Below are positions 23,985 through 37,683 of a stretch of 64,000 bases of DNA, in pieces. Source of the DNA: Octopus sinensis (taxonomy: Eukaryota); assembly GCF_006345805.1 (NCBI RefSeq), contig NC_043008.1, positions 20,336,001-20,400,000 on the forward strand, read 5' to 3'. How positions within the stretch are numbered: position 1 is the first letter of the stretch; each line of letters opens with the position of its first letter. The position numbers were made by a program, and so were the translations under genes. The notes below the pieces were generated by a model, which did not search any database, was not told the DNA's origin, and worked only from the letters and a program-made list of their open reading frames with translations.

Positions 23985-24200
23985 TGCGTATATACGTTTG
24001 TGTGTCTGTTTTTGTCCTTCCAGCATCGCTTGACAACCGATGCTGGTGTGTTTACGTCTCCGTAACTTAGCGGTTCGGCAAAAGAGACTGATAAAATAAG
24101 TACTAAGCTTACAAAGAATAAGTCCTGGGGTCGATTTACTCGACTAAAGGCGGTGCTCCAGCATGGCCACAGTCATATCACTGAAACAAGTAAAAGAGTA
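23985..24200 (+). mobile_element. SINE family A 3' half
   Basis: CATCGCTTGACAACCGATGCTGG...GAAACAAGTAAAAGAG. Confidence 0.8.
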
Positions 24201-24679
24201 GGACCGGTTAGAGTGGAAACAGTAGCTACTTTGTATTTGCGCCATAGAATTGGGCCTCGAGTATATTAACCGAGTCACGAGTATTAACAACACTTTATAA
24301 TTAACTCTTAAAAGAAATATACCGTAATGCGATAAACATATGTGGAGCATTTTTCCTTATAATAACATGCGATTGTTTTCTTGTTGGTATATTTCAATTT
24401 ATAAATTACGCGTTAGTAATTATTTCAAGTTATACTAATTAAAGAAAGTTGCTCGTGTTCGAGTGTAAACGTACTATGTATAATTTTTTATTAAAATTCT
24501 TTTTATGAGCAAGAATGCTGATTTTTCTTCTCTGATTAATTAATATATTGTAGGATTTTCTTGCCAGAGGTTATATGAAAATGATTATGCCATGAATATT
24601 ATGGGTCCCTGTTCACAGAAAGAATCAATATATCATTGCTAGAAAAACACGACACACATATAATTCATTCTACTTAAAG

Positions 24680-25428
24680 CACAAGGCCTAAAATTCGGGG
24701 GAATGAGACTAATCCATTACATAGACCCTAATGTTTCATTGGAACTTAATTTATCGACCATGAAAGGAGTGAAGGCAAAATCTACCTCGGTGGAAGATGA
24801 ATTCAGAACGAAGCGACGAGCGAAATAACTATTTCTTTCCTACCCACAAGGGGTTAAACACAGAGAGGACAAACAAGGATAGAAAAACGGATTAAGTCGA
24901 TTATAACGACCCCAGTGCGTAACTGGTACTTATTTAATCGACCCCGAAAGGATGAAAGGCAAAGTCGACCTCGGTGGAATTTGATCTCACAAAGTAACGG
25001 CAGACGAAATACCTATTTCTTTATTACCCACAAAGGGCTAAACATAGAGGGGACAAACAAGGACAGACATAGGTATTAAGTCGATTACATCGACCCCAGT
25101 GCGTAACTGGTACTTGTTTAATCGACCCCGAAAGGATGAAAGGCAAAGTCGACCTCGGTGGAATTTGATCTCACAAAGTAACGGCAGACGAAATACCTAT
25201 TTCTTTATTACCCACAAAGGGCTAAACATAGAGGGGACAAACAAGGACAGACATAGGTATTAAGTCGATTACATCGACCCCAGTGCGTAACTGGTACTTA
25301 TTTAATCGACCCCGAAAGGATGAAAGGCAAAGTCGACCTCGGTGGAATTTGATCTCACAAAGTAACGGCAGACGAAATACCGCTAAGCATTTCGCCCAGC
25401 GTGCTAACGATTCTGCCAGCTCGCCGCC
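24680..25428 (-). mobile_element. Head-to-tail SINE B concatemer (one head, three ~184-nt units, one older variant unit)
   Basis: Junction GAAATAG|GTATTTCGTC at about 25196 and 25012, and GAAATAG|TTATTTCG at about 24828. Confidence 0.85.
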
Positions 25429-25855
25429 TACGCACACACACACACACGTACACATACACACATACACACACACACATACACACACGCACGCACACACACA
25501 CACACATTTGATGATATGTAAAGGTGAAAATACGGTACACATATATATAATATGTAAAAGTGGAAGTATGGTAGACGTTACCAAAGCACATTTTTTGTGA
25601 GTGATAGCCAGCTGTGGCTGTTTCTTTTGATCGAAGGATCAAAAGTAAGCTTCGAGTAGTCTATAGAATATACAAAAACAACTTTCGGGAACAATAGTGG
25701 TTTATTGGCGTAGAAGGATGTAATTTTTTCCCACATGGAGATTCGATATGTTGAAAAAAGTTATCTTACAGTTTACAGTTTGCAACTGGGATTGGAATAT
25801 ATGCTAGTAAAAATCCAAATTTACTGAATGGAACAGGTAAAATTCAGACTATATA

Positions 25856-26275
25856 TACTCTTTTACTCTCTTTTACTCTTTTACTTGTTTCAGTCATTTG
25901 ACTGCGGCCATGCTGGAGCACTGCCTTTAGTCGAGCAAATCGACCCCGGGACATATTATTTGTAAGCCCAGTACTTATTCTATCGGTCTCTTTTTGCCGA
26001 ACCGCTAAGTAACGGGGACGTAAACACCCCACCATCGGTTGTCAAGCAATGCTAGGGGGACAAACACAGACACACAAACACACACACAAACACATACATA
26101 TATACATATATACGACAGGCGTCTTTCAGTTTCCGTCTACCAAATCCACTCACAAGGCATTGGTCGGCTCGGGGCTAGGGCAGAAGACACTTGCCCAAGA
26201 TGCCACGCAGTGGGACTGAACCCGGAACCATGTGGTTGGTTAGCAAGCTACTTACCACACAGCCGCTCCTGCGCC
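25856..26275 (-). mobile_element. SINE family A, full length
   Basis: Matches the family consensus seen elsewhere in the window. Confidence 0.9.
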
Positions 26276-26559
26276 TATATGTTTCGTAACTAGCAAAACC
26301 TCGACAATAGTAACTACCCAACGAAGGGTGCTCCACTAGCTACTTGTCAAGCCGAATATACCTTAGTTAAATGAAGGCTACATTAGTAAGATTCATTTCA
26401 CTAAGGTATCTTCGGCCTGAGAAGTAGCGAGTGGAATTCTCCTCATTGAGTAATTACTACTTCTGAGGTTCTGCTTCCAACGAAATATATCTAGCCTGAA
26501 TTTTACTTGCTCTATTTCCCGAATTCGGATAGATACATGTGATCTCTTGAGCACCACCA

Positions 26560-26736
26560 GCAAAAATATTTTTTTCCTCTGTCTTCCCTTCTCGGGATCT
26601 TTCCTTCTCCTTTGTTTCCGACGAAGAGCTCCGCTCGAAACGTTAAAGCCTCTTTCTTGAGCGTCAAATAATACTTTAATTGTTCCAGGTCCTCGCGTTG
26701 CTGTGTTTTTTTCTGTTTTCTTTTTTGGATTAACTT

Positions 26737-26740
<4 letters not shown>
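26560..26740 (+). mobile_element. Solo PLE pLTR end with minimal hammerhead
   Basis: Hammerhead at 26615-26647; 3' end joins (TA)n at about 26738. Confidence 0.6.
26615..26647 (+). ncRNA. 33-nt minimal hammerhead variant (CCGACGA plus extra A)
   Basis: UUU CCGACGA A GAGC ucc GCUC GAAA CG UU AAA; palindromic ACGU stem III; stem I only 3 bp. Confidence 0.55.
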
Positions 26741-26824
<84 letters not shown>

Positions 26825-27084
26825 TGTGGTGTGGTGTGTGTGCGCGTGCGTGTATATATGCGTCTGCATGTGTTTGTGTCTTCCTGGGAGCAAACATTAT
26901 TGCGTATAGTGGACACATGCTTGTTTCTTATATCAAAGAGATGACAAGCTGCTTTAACTTTTGGTTTGGTTGATTACGAGTATCGACAATGGCTAGCAGC
27001 AGAACTCGAGTAGAATCTCATTCTTTTGTTATATTAAGCATATTCACAAACACATATACACACCTACAGATTTATGAATGTATA

Positions 27085-27319
27085 TGTTGCTACACATCGC
27101 TGGCCACAATGCACTTCGCATTGTTTTAGCTAAGCGAGCAGGCCAACAGAAGTAAGTGTGGCGAAAGAGTACAGTAGGGGTCACAATCATCCCCTGCCGG
27201 AGCCTCGTAGAGCTTTGGGTGTTTTCGCTCAATAAACACAACACCCGGTCTGGGAATCGAAACTGCGATCCTACGACCGCGAGTCCGCAACCCTAACCAC
27301 TGGGCCATTGCGCCTCCAC
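27085..27319 (-). mobile_element. tRNA-derived SINE, family C
   Basis: Head GTGGAGGCGCAATGGCCCAGTGGTTAGGG...TTTCGATTCCC with A/B-box-like motifs; body shared with 62848-63023 and 51185-51382. Confidence 0.8.
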
Positions 27320-28613
27320 ATATATATATATATATATATGTATACACAAACAAACACACATATATATATAATATTATGTATGTATGTATGTATATATATA
27401 TATATATAATATTATATATATATATATATATATATACGTATACATACATGCATATCATATATATATATATAAGAGGCGATTACGGATTACATCAGTTGTT
27501 CTTTATTATAGAAAATTCACCACACCGTATTGATTTATGCTTTATGACGTGTGCAGTTTACAAACGGATTAGAGATCATGTAACTCTACCTAGAAGCTAA
27601 AGTAGCGTATGACGGTCAGGAGTTCAACATTGACAGAGACACCCACCTTTCAGTGGGAAGATTCAAGTGCACGTCGCAATTGCTCAACTATTTTTAGTAT
27701 CGTAATGTTATGTTGTTTTAGTGATTTAGCTCTTACTTAAAACCTCAATGTGACAATGCTTTCTTATTATTGTTCACCTCTTATCATTTCATCCAATGCC
27801 TACGTGTCTGTGTGATTACATACGTATAAATATTAAAGTATGGTTTTTGTTTTAATGTAAGTTCAAGAATAACAATGGAAGATTTGCTGAGCTGTTAACT
27901 TTATACTTAAAGTAGATCCACATGGTTCGTGAAGATCAAATTCACTAGGAATTTTACTGTGGATTATGATACAGATATATTTTCATATATGAACACAAAT
28001 AAATATATTTCACGTCCCAGCATTGCATCAGTTTTCATGCTGTCACCAGTAAGTGATTACAATAATAAAGACTAGAAACGAAATTAACATTTTTCTTTCG
28101 TATATTATTTTAATTCTCGATGTGAAGAATTACTAATGTGAAAAGATTTACATATTTTGCGACATGTATACATGTACAAATCCTATTAATTATGAAACAT
28201 TCGTGATGTGGAGATAAATCATACCCAAATAATTACCAGTTGTATTTTTTCAAGGAGGATAACGAAGGAGACATTCCTTCAAATTTTCAGGAACAAGGCT
28301 CTACCGTTACTCGCTGCTAGAATTTAGTAGACATATGCTTCAAAACAAAAGTCTTAGACATGTACCGGGCGTGGACCTTTTCTACTTGGCTTTCGCTTTT
28401 CAATTTCTTCAATTTTTGTTCCATCTGATTTCATATTTGGTGCATGGAAGTAGTTTTGTATGGTAATGGAAGATAATTTCGTCATACATCAATAAATAAA
28501 ATGTTAATAGCTTCGAAAGTTTGCATATTTAGTGTACTTTTAGTCAGTCAAAAGCCAGACATATAAGTGCTTGTTTTTATAGTCACAAATGAAGCAGTTA
28601 CTAAGTTTCTTAC

Positions 28614-28688
28614 CCTGGTGGTCACACACGCAGTCACGCACAAAATGACAGCATCGAAATACTCTTTTCTGACAGGGTAAAACATTTT
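28614..28688 (-). CDS. Candidate 75-nt internal exon
   Basis: Strong sites TTTTCCAG| and AGG|GTAAGA; open in phase 0 (KMFYPVRKEYFDAVILCVTACVTTR) and phase 1 (NVLPCQKRVFRCCHFVRDCVCDHQ). Confidence 0.45.
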
Positions 28689-29265
28689 CTGGAAAATGTG
28701 GATTACCTTCTGTGATTCAGCGTGAAAAATTAAATCAATACACCAAATTTTGAAATTTTCATTAACTTTAAAATTTCCCCACGTTTCCTAACAAAATGAT
28801 CCCAGAGTGTAAAATTAAATTACTGACAAGGAACAAGATACGTCATCAAATTCATTAGTTTGCATCTGTCTTTTGCTATTTGCTATGAGAGGAAGCTTCT
28901 TAGAGTAGAAATACTGCTAAGTTATTGAAGTTTACTACGTAATCCTTGGTCTTTGAGACCATCAAATCTTCCAGTAACACCAAGGATGAACGGAAGGCAA
29001 GGACTATGGCAGCATTCGCCAGCTTAGAAAAGGATTCTGTGCAGTAGAAATGCAGGAGATTCGGAAGTCGTCCGGAGGCCGTGGCTGAAACCAATGGCGA
29101 TTTTATTGAATAAATTTACTCTTTAGTATTTCAAGATATTTATATTTAATTTTGGTAAATATATCTCTTAAAATGAGATCTCAGTGCTACTTTCCTTTTT
29201 GAGTAATTTTGACAATTTCTTCACCGCCCCCTGTATATATAGATACGTTTATATGCATATGTATG

Positions 29266-29341
<76 letters not shown>

Positions 29342-29489
29342 TACGAACACACACACACACACATATAATTTAAAATGTGCATTCTCGTTCACTTGAATGT
29401 ACTTAATTGAAACTTATAAATTCCTGAAATATTGAAAATATATTTTCTCATTGTTCAGCATAGTTTATTTATATGTGTATATGCGTGTC

Positions 29490-29593
<104 letters not shown>

Positions 29594-29826
29594 TGTGTGT
29601 GTTTGTGTTGGCGCGTAGGTGTATGCGTTCCTCTGCTTATGTGGGAGCGTATATATATATCTATTTATAGGAACTGGAATGGAGGGTGTGTATATTCGTA
29701 AATTTAATATTGTTAATGTATCAGGTTTTAAATTAGATTACAAACACATCATTGCATATATATCTTGTCCCAACAAAGTGTCAATTTATATCTCACCACT
29801 TTATTAAACTAAGCCAGTTGCGAAAC

Positions 29827-29893
<67 letters not shown>

Positions 29894-29955
29894 ACATATA
29901 ATATATTTCGTTTTTTTTAATAATAAGGCACTAGAAGAGAATGACTCGCACAGAC

Positions 29956-30024
<69 letters not shown>

Positions 30025-30249
30025 TATTGGTATCTAGAAGATCCAAAGAATGGCAGGTGCGCTAAGTGAGTGCTATGGACAGACCGTAGTTAAACTTTTG
30101 GTTCGATAGTGATAAGAGTGAGGAGTCTAGTGTTGGTCTTGTGTTAGCCTGCCTATATATATTAGACAAAATGTGATAACAAAACAAGGCGATAATTTTG
30201 TCTAATATATATATATATATATTATATATAATATATATATATATATATA

Positions 30250-30442
30250 TGCGTGTTAGACGGTTAGCTCCTACAAGCATTTTTTCTCTCCTTGTTTCTT
30301 TTCTGTGTATCCTTCTGTGGAAGAGCGTAGGCTCGAAACTTAAAAGACTTGTTCTATTTCTATTCCCGAGCGCCATACTAATACATTTATTTGTTTGTAC
30401 TCCACCTGCCTTCGTCTTTGTTTATTTTCGTAAACCTTACCG

Positions 30443-30444
<2 letters not shown>
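30250..30444 (+). mobile_element. Decayed PLE pLTR fragment between (TA)n tracts
   Basis: Degenerate hammerhead CUGUGGA A GAGC guag GCUC GAAA CUUA at 30315-30342, same architecture as 26615. Confidence 0.5.
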
Positions 30445-30484
<40 letters not shown>

Positions 30485-31882
30485 ATACATAGAACATAGA
30501 AATCCGGTAAAGGTGGTCAATAGGACCATCTCCAAGAACAACGTCCGGTTCATCTCTACTAAATGTCACCACTCTGTTCGAAGAATCAAAACCATCGAAG
30601 AAGGAACAAATAGTATGTACATATTTTTATTCGTCGCTCAACATCGGTATTTTATCCACACATAGAGCACGCTGGTGTCTAAAAGACCTATAGAGCAACG
30701 ATCTCGTATGTAGCCTTTTTGTTGTTGGCGTATATGTAGTTTCAAAATTCTTTGTTCTACAACTATGAGATGTATTGTTACTGTCACGGTTTTATCTTAC
30801 TATAAGCCACAACGAACACGTTTCGTCAATATAAAAGTCTTTATTAGACAAAAAATAACATTATCAAAACATGAAGGTAAAACAAAATAAATTGCGGCTT
30901 ATAGACCGGTAATTGTAATGGTACTAATTGTAACTTCACTCGCTAGTTGCTAGTTAATAGTGTCGAAGGGAGGGAAAGAGTAAGGAATGCACGATGCTGA
31001 CTTAAAAGGAAGAAAGGATAAAGGTGGCATTGTCTTCGCACGCCACACGAATAGAACAGAGTTGGCGTCATTTAGTGGAGATGACCTGGAAGTTGCTCCT
31101 CTTCGACTACTATTGTAAACAGCAGTAGCTTTCTTCAACCGAATACACGTCGTTGATTGGTTGAAATTACCCAAATACTACTTCTAACATACGAAATATT
31201 GTCCAAAACGTTCTGAGTAAACGGTGTTCTACGTGGGAATTACTACGGTTATTCGAAGTTTCAGTAAAAAAAAAATTAATTAAAATATCTGTGACTGAAA
31301 TGGAATAGATCGAAATTGAAAAACGTGTAGTTGGATTTAGATAGACTTATTCGCATATATAACGGATACTAAGTGGCTAAATGAATATATACATCCCATA
31401 CACCTCCCAAAATTTATATAAACATATATATATGTATTATATATATATATATACTCAATGTAATGATATCGTTTAGAATTTTGTCAGAAGGTCATCTATT
31501 CCGGAGGGAGGAGGTAAGTCAAACGAGTTTGACATTGTCTTTCATACTTTCGGGGTCGATAAAAGAAGTACTAGTTGCGCACTGGGGTCGACCTAAATGA
31601 CTGGTTCTCTCCCTCAAAATTCCAGGCCTTGCGCCTAGAATAGTAAAGATTCTGCTAGCTCGCCGCCTTGAACTTGCATTTTATTCTACTTTGAATAATT
31701 AAACTCCATGTTGCCTGTAGACCTGTAAAAGAGACATTTGGGAGCGACACATTAGCTACCATCGAACCCGAAGAGATAACGGGAAAAGTCGTGCACGGCG
31801 AAATTTGACCTTAGAAGGTAAAAACGGAAACAATGCCGTTAGCTTTTTCCCCAGCGCGCTAACGATTCTGCCATCTCGCCAA

Positions 31883-32495
31883 AGCGGTGAGCTAGCATAG
31901 CAGAAACGTTAGCTCGCCGAGAGAAATGCTTAGCGGTATTTCGTCTGCCGCTACGTTCTGAGTTCAAATTCCGCCGAGGTCGACTTTGCCTTTCATCCTT
32001 TCGGGATCGATTAAATAAGCACTAGTTACGCACTGGGGTCGATATAATCGACTTAATCCGTTGTCTGTCCTTGTTTGTCTTCTCTGTGTTTAGCCCCTTG
32101 TGGGTAGTAAAGAAATAGGTATTTCGTCTGCCGCTACGTTCTGTGTTCAAATTCTGTCGAGGTTGACTTTGCCTTTTATCCTTTCGGGGTCGATTAAATA
32201 GGTACCAGTTACGCACTGGGGTCGCTATAATCGACTTAATCGGTTTGTCTGTCCTTGTTTGTCCTCTCTGTGTTTAGTCCCTTGTGGGTAGTAAAGGCAT
32301 AGTTATTTCGTCTGCCGCTACGTACTGAGTTCAAATTTCGCCGAAGTCGACCTTGTCTTTCATCCTATCGGGTGGGGGGTCAATAAATTAAGTAACAGTT
32401 GCGCATGGGGGTTTGTCTAATCGACTTACACCCCTCCCCCACTCCCCCCAAAATTTCGTGCCTTGTGCCTAGAGTAGAAATGATTGTGCCGTCTG
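31883..32495 (+). mobile_element. Second SINE B concatemer (head, two units, older variant unit)
   Basis: Junctions GAAATAG|GTATTTCGTC at about 32118 and GCATAG|TTATTTCGTC at about 32302. Confidence 0.85.
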
Positions 32496-32734
32496 GAATT
32501 TTCATTTTATTCTTCTTTGAATAATTAAATTTCATATTGCTTGTAAATCTGTAAAAGAGATATTTTGAGAGCGAGGCTTTAGCTGCAAGCATAAAGAAAA
32601 AGTAGAATATTTAGAATGAGTGCAGTTCATAGTTCAATTTTTATTAATTTTATATAATTTTAAGAGGCGTGTCCAGAAGATTTGTAAAGGTAATGAATAC
32701 GCTCAATAATATCCACGATTGCCTACATGTAAGC

Positions 32735-32786
<52 letters not shown>

Positions 32787-33116
32787 ACACATACACGTAC
32801 ACACACATGGATACATATACACAAACTTTGTGACTTGGCAAATCGTAATTATAAATTCACACACGAAATGCCACAAATTCAAAATATCTGGGATTCTAAG
32901 TTAGTTTTGCTGACCGAAGCCATCTTAGTTATTTTAATATATCCATATTTCATTTATTTCACGCACGCACGGGCATGTGTGTTTGCGCATGCGTGTGCGT
33001 GCGTATCTATGTGACCGTTTATTTGATAATTAAATTATATTTGATAGCCTTATCAATATTTCAATAACTGATTCATCTGTTTTAAATTGTTTCAATTCGT
33101 TTACAGTTGTTACCTG

Positions 33117-33119
<3 letters not shown>

Positions 33120-33198
<79 letters not shown>

Positions 33199-33224
33199 TG
33201 TTATTATTATTATTATTATTATTA
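33120..33224. repeat. (ATT)n microsatellite
   Basis: Directly visible. Confidence 0.95.
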
Positions 33225-33227
33225 AAG

Positions 33228-33441
33228 GGCGGCGAGCTGGCAGAAACGTTAGCACGCCGGGCGAAATGCTTGGCGGTATTTCGTCAGCCGCTGCGTTCTA
33301 AGTTCAAATTGCGCCGAGGTCGACTTTGCCTTTGATCCTTTCGGGGTCGATGAAATACATACCACTTACGCACTGGGGTCGATATAATAAACATAATCCG
33401 TTTGCCTGTCCTTGTTTGTCTTTGTGGGTAGTAAAGAAATT
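33228..33441 (+). mobile_element. SINE family B monomer
   Basis: Full head to GTAGTAAAGAAAT, flanked by (ATT)n. Confidence 0.85.
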
Positions 33442-34444
33442 ATTATTATTATTATTATTATTAATATTATTATTATTATTCTGGCTGAAATAATGAATAA
33501 GTGATTTTTCAATAATAATATTGTATAATTTTGTCAATAAATATTTGTAACAGTTTTACGATTAGATATTGATAAATAATCACAAAAATCTGTTCAATTT
33601 GGTTAAGGAATTTGATTTGTTTTCTCTTTTTGTATTTTGACATTTGTAATTGCCGATTGGCTGTTTTTTTTGTGGCTGAAGGAATGGCAATAATACACAT
33701 ATTTCGTGACTTAATCCTATCACAGATCGATTATATTAATTTTATTACCGGTTGTATTCTGAAGGAGATGCGGAGGAGAAAGATCGTTTAATCTCCATTT
33801 CTAATGTCCATTGTTAAAATATCTATAGCTTAGAAAATCTTGTAGCGTATGACAAAACTGAAATTATATTTACTTAATGTGTTTTAGAAACAAAATAATT
33901 TCTTTTGAAGTTATGCTCTTATGTTAGTGGTAAAATGTACACTCTCCATCGAAATAATATAGTATGAAATGAAAAAAATCTTTTTGTTTTGCGTCTTCGA
34001 TTTACGTCTGAAACTTTCAATGCATTTTAATGGTTCCGGGCACTTTGCGGGGCGAAAGGTCTTCTAGCTGTTTATTTAAAGATAAATTATGCTTACACGT
34101 GCAAAAATCAATGGAATTAGTGTCAGTTTTTATTATAACTTATTTACAGAGTTTCATACCGTAGAATTGTTACAGTATTGAAAATACATTTTCCGTATTT
34201 TATTATGGGGTTCCTTTTTTTCTTTTGCAATCTGATTAAATATCTTTTCAGAAAGCAAAAATATCGTCCAAGATTCTGTTCTGTAAGATCATGCGTAGAA
34301 GAAAAAATTGCTTTTAGCGGAATTTGTCTCAGCCGTGCCGGTATTCGTGACATCAGAGAAGATTTTATGCACTTTTCCGATATTAGAGACGACGAATTCT
34401 AACCCTAGCATGTGGCTGGCTGCCAGCACACATCATTAAAAGGG

Positions 34445-34530
34445 TCAGAGAGGCTTAAATGCATCAGGCCTTCTCTCCGGTCGCTTAATGAAAGCAATCT
34501 TCGCTTCTTTCCGATACTGTGCTTTTAACA
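34445..34530 (-). CDS. Candidate last coding exon (phase 1): LKAQYRKEAKIAFIKRPERRPDAFKPL*
   Basis: CTCTTATGGACTTGCAG acceptor; joins in frame with the candidate exon at 38232-38271. Confidence 0.3.
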
Positions 34531-34863
34531 CTGCAAGTCCATAAGAGACAAGCACTTCAGTTAGTGGCCAATTAATATATATTCATAATATGTGATATGT
34601 AGATGACTATTTCAATTAAATAATGCTTTGATAGCGTATACCTGATATTTATACATGTATATTTACCGAAACACACAGGCGTACATAGCCGTCTAAAATC
34701 ACATTGGTTGATATTTGCCTAAAATTAACTATGTTAAGAGTTGAATGTGGTACCTTCTCTCAAATATTAGAGGAATTGATGCAATCGAGAATGGCATGAC
34801 GTTTACAGAAAATCAGTTGCTGGCACCATACATGACGTCATATGCCTATATCGTAGCTGCGAT

Positions 34864-35086
34864 AAGGCGGCGAGCTGGCAGAAACGTTAGCACGCCGGGC
34901 GAAATGCGTAGCCGTATTTCGTCTGCCGTTACGTTCTGGGTTCAAATTCCGCCGAGGTCGACTTTGCCTTTCTTCCTTTCGAGGTCGATAAATTAAGAAC
35001 CAGTTACGCAGTGGGGTCGATGTAATCGACTTAATCCGTGTGTCTGTCCCCTCTGTGTTTAGCCCCTTGCGGGTAGTAAAGAAATA
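34864..35086 (+). mobile_element. SINE family B monomer with 17-bp TSD
   Basis: TATATCGTAGCTGCGAT (34847-34863) and TATATCGTAGCAGCGAT (35087-35103). Confidence 0.9.
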
Positions 35087-35821
35087 TATATCGTAGCAGC
35101 GATGTAAAAGCTTGACTTGATGAAAACAGAATAAAAATCTACAGTAAATCGTACACATATTCATTAAATAGAAAGTTTGAAAATGAGAAGTAAATGACCC
35201 ATATAAAACTCCATGTAACAAAAAATATTCATCGACGCTGATAACTATTTGGTTTCTCAATCATGTTGACAGGTAACCGAATAGCCATCAAAAACAGTAT
35301 CACGATATTAAGATATTTGACCAATAAGATATTCTGCTGAGCCTTCAATCTGAAAGTCGTGTCTTTATATTCACACAAAAACGTTCAACTCTTGACCTAC
35401 ATAAAAACAAACCGAGTTTAAGTATAAAATAACATGTTATCTAATCCGCTTGTCAACTGCATTTTATCTTATAAAACACAAGTCAATATGTAACGAAGAA
35501 TTTTTTTATAAGCTGCGTATTTATATTCAGAAATCGGATTAGATACAAATAAAGACAAAGCATTTGAGAAGAGAAAATACAGAAATGTCAATATTTTTGC
35601 AAAACAAATATCTACACATGCCACAGTCAAATTGAGTATCAGAAGTAAGATGGCGCCACAACACACACACACTTATACAGTATCTGTGCATATCAATGCA
35701 CGCAATCTGTTTGTGTCTCAACGTATCTATCCAACTATACCACACAGACAGGCACACACACGCACAACCACACATATAAACACATATACACACATACACA
35801 CACACACACAGATAATATATA

Positions 35822-35865
<44 letters not shown>

Positions 35866-35889
35866 TATATATATACATAACAAGATTAC

Positions 35890-36285
35890 GCGCAGGAGTG
35901 GCTGTGTGGTGAGAAGCTTGCTTCCGAACCACATGGTCCTGAGTTCAGTCCCACTGCATGACACATTGGGCAAGTGCCTTCTACTATAGCTTCGGGTCGA
36001 CTAAACCTTTGTGAGTGGATTTGGTAGACTAGACGGAAACTGAAAGAAGCCCGTTGTATGTATATGTATATATATATATATATATGTACATATATATTTG
36101 CCCCCACAACCAGCACCATCATCGCTTGACAACCGATGTTGGTGTATTTACGTCTACGTAACTTAGCAGATCAGCAGAAGGGACCGATATTATAAGTACT
36201 ACGATTAAAGATTAAATCCTGGGCTCGATTTGTTCAACGAAAAGCGGTGCTCCAGCATGTCCACAACCAAAAGAATAAAAGAATA
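35890..36285 (+). mobile_element. SINE family A
   Basis: Head, spacer and diverged tail present. Confidence 0.85.
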
Positions 36286-36621
36286 CAAGATCTATTTCTT
36301 TCGGTCTCTGCCAACTAAATCCAACAACTGTTATACAATACTTAAGACTAGACATTCATTAAAAACACACACAGACAGAAAAAAACAAACTCAACACAAA
36401 AATTATACTAATAAAACGTACAGTAGTTTCTGCTCGAGAGAATTCAGAACTACTAATGACTAACTTGTTAAAGTTTTACGTTTGTAAATAATATTAATTA
36501 GAAGGAAAATACGGAGCTTGTGGTAATTATAATAAAGTAGAAAATTCTGAAATGCAAATGTGTAGCGAATTAGTTGAACGAATGCAACCAGATACACGTG
36601 CGCGTGCACACACACACAAAC

Positions 36622-36656
<35 letters not shown>

Positions 36657-36717
36657 CCACACACATACACACACATATATATATATATATATAATGATAT
36701 GTAAATACTATTATATA

Positions 36718-36744
36718 TCTATTATATAAAATCCGTTCTCTCTG

Positions 36745-36778
<34 letters not shown>

Positions 36779-36990
36779 TTCTAGAATCTCGGGCATCCTC
36801 CATCCGATTGAGCTCAAATTTGATTTGTAGTTACTAACGGTATCAGGACTTACAAATTACAAAAATCGATTCCAGGTGAGAATGCGATCGATAAAGCTGT
36901 GGGAACGTGCATTTGTACGCGCAAGTACATCAGCTGTTGCGATCGGTACTACACATACGCGAGAAAAGTGCACGGGCAGTTTGCGGGAAA
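36718..36990 (+). mobile_element. Possible non-autonomous Helitron-like element 5' part
   Basis: A|TC start followed by TATTATATAAAATCCGTTC, an internal (GT)n and CCGATTGAGCTCAAATTTG; no 3' CTAG seen; recognised from recall only. Confidence 0.4.
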
Positions 36991-37144
36991 AAAGCCGGCT
37001 TGCTTGAAATAATGCCACAGAATGCAGAATATTTCAGCGACCAAAAATGTACGATGCAAAAAAAGATGTTTTCTTCAAACTTGGCATGAAGGAAGAAAAG
37101 ACTATTTGGTTTCTCAAGAAGTTTTTTTTTGCCTTATATATATA

Positions 37145-37311
37145 GGCGCAGGAGTGACTGTGTGGTAAGTAGCTTGCTAACCAACCACATGGTTCCGAGT
37201 TCAGTCCCACTGCGTGGCATCTTGGGAAAGTGTATTCTGCTATAGCCCCGGACAGACGAATGCCTTGTGAGTGGATTTGGTAGACAGAAACTGAAAGAAG
37301 CATGTCGTATA

Positions 37312-37361
<50 letters not shown>

Positions 37362-37582
37362 TATATATATTGTGTGTGTGTGTGTGTGTATGTATGTGTG
37401 TGTATGTCTTTGAGTGTCTGTGTTTGTCCCACTAGCGTTGCTTGACAACCGATGCTGGTGTGTTTACGTCCTTAGCGGTTCGGCAAAAGAGACCGATAGA
37501 ATAAGTACTGGGCTTACAAAGAATAAGACCCATGGCCGCAGTCAAATGACTGAAACAATTAAAGAGTAAAGGAGTAAAGAGT
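37145..37582 (+). mobile_element. SINE family A
   Basis: Full head, spacer and tail. Confidence 0.9.
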
Positions 37583-37593
37583 ATATATAATAT

Positions 37594-37630
<37 letters not shown>

Positions 37631-37633
37631 TAA

Positions 37634-37683
<50 letters not shown>

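Noticed and set aside
24680-25428. Regular repeats resembling a CRISPR array
   Set aside because: Units are ~184-nt SINE bodies with no unique spacers, in a eukaryotic context.
27250-27319. tRNA gene (also 44140-44210 and 51310-51382)
   Set aside because: These are tRNA-derived SINE heads continuous with SINE bodies; no complete cloverleaf.
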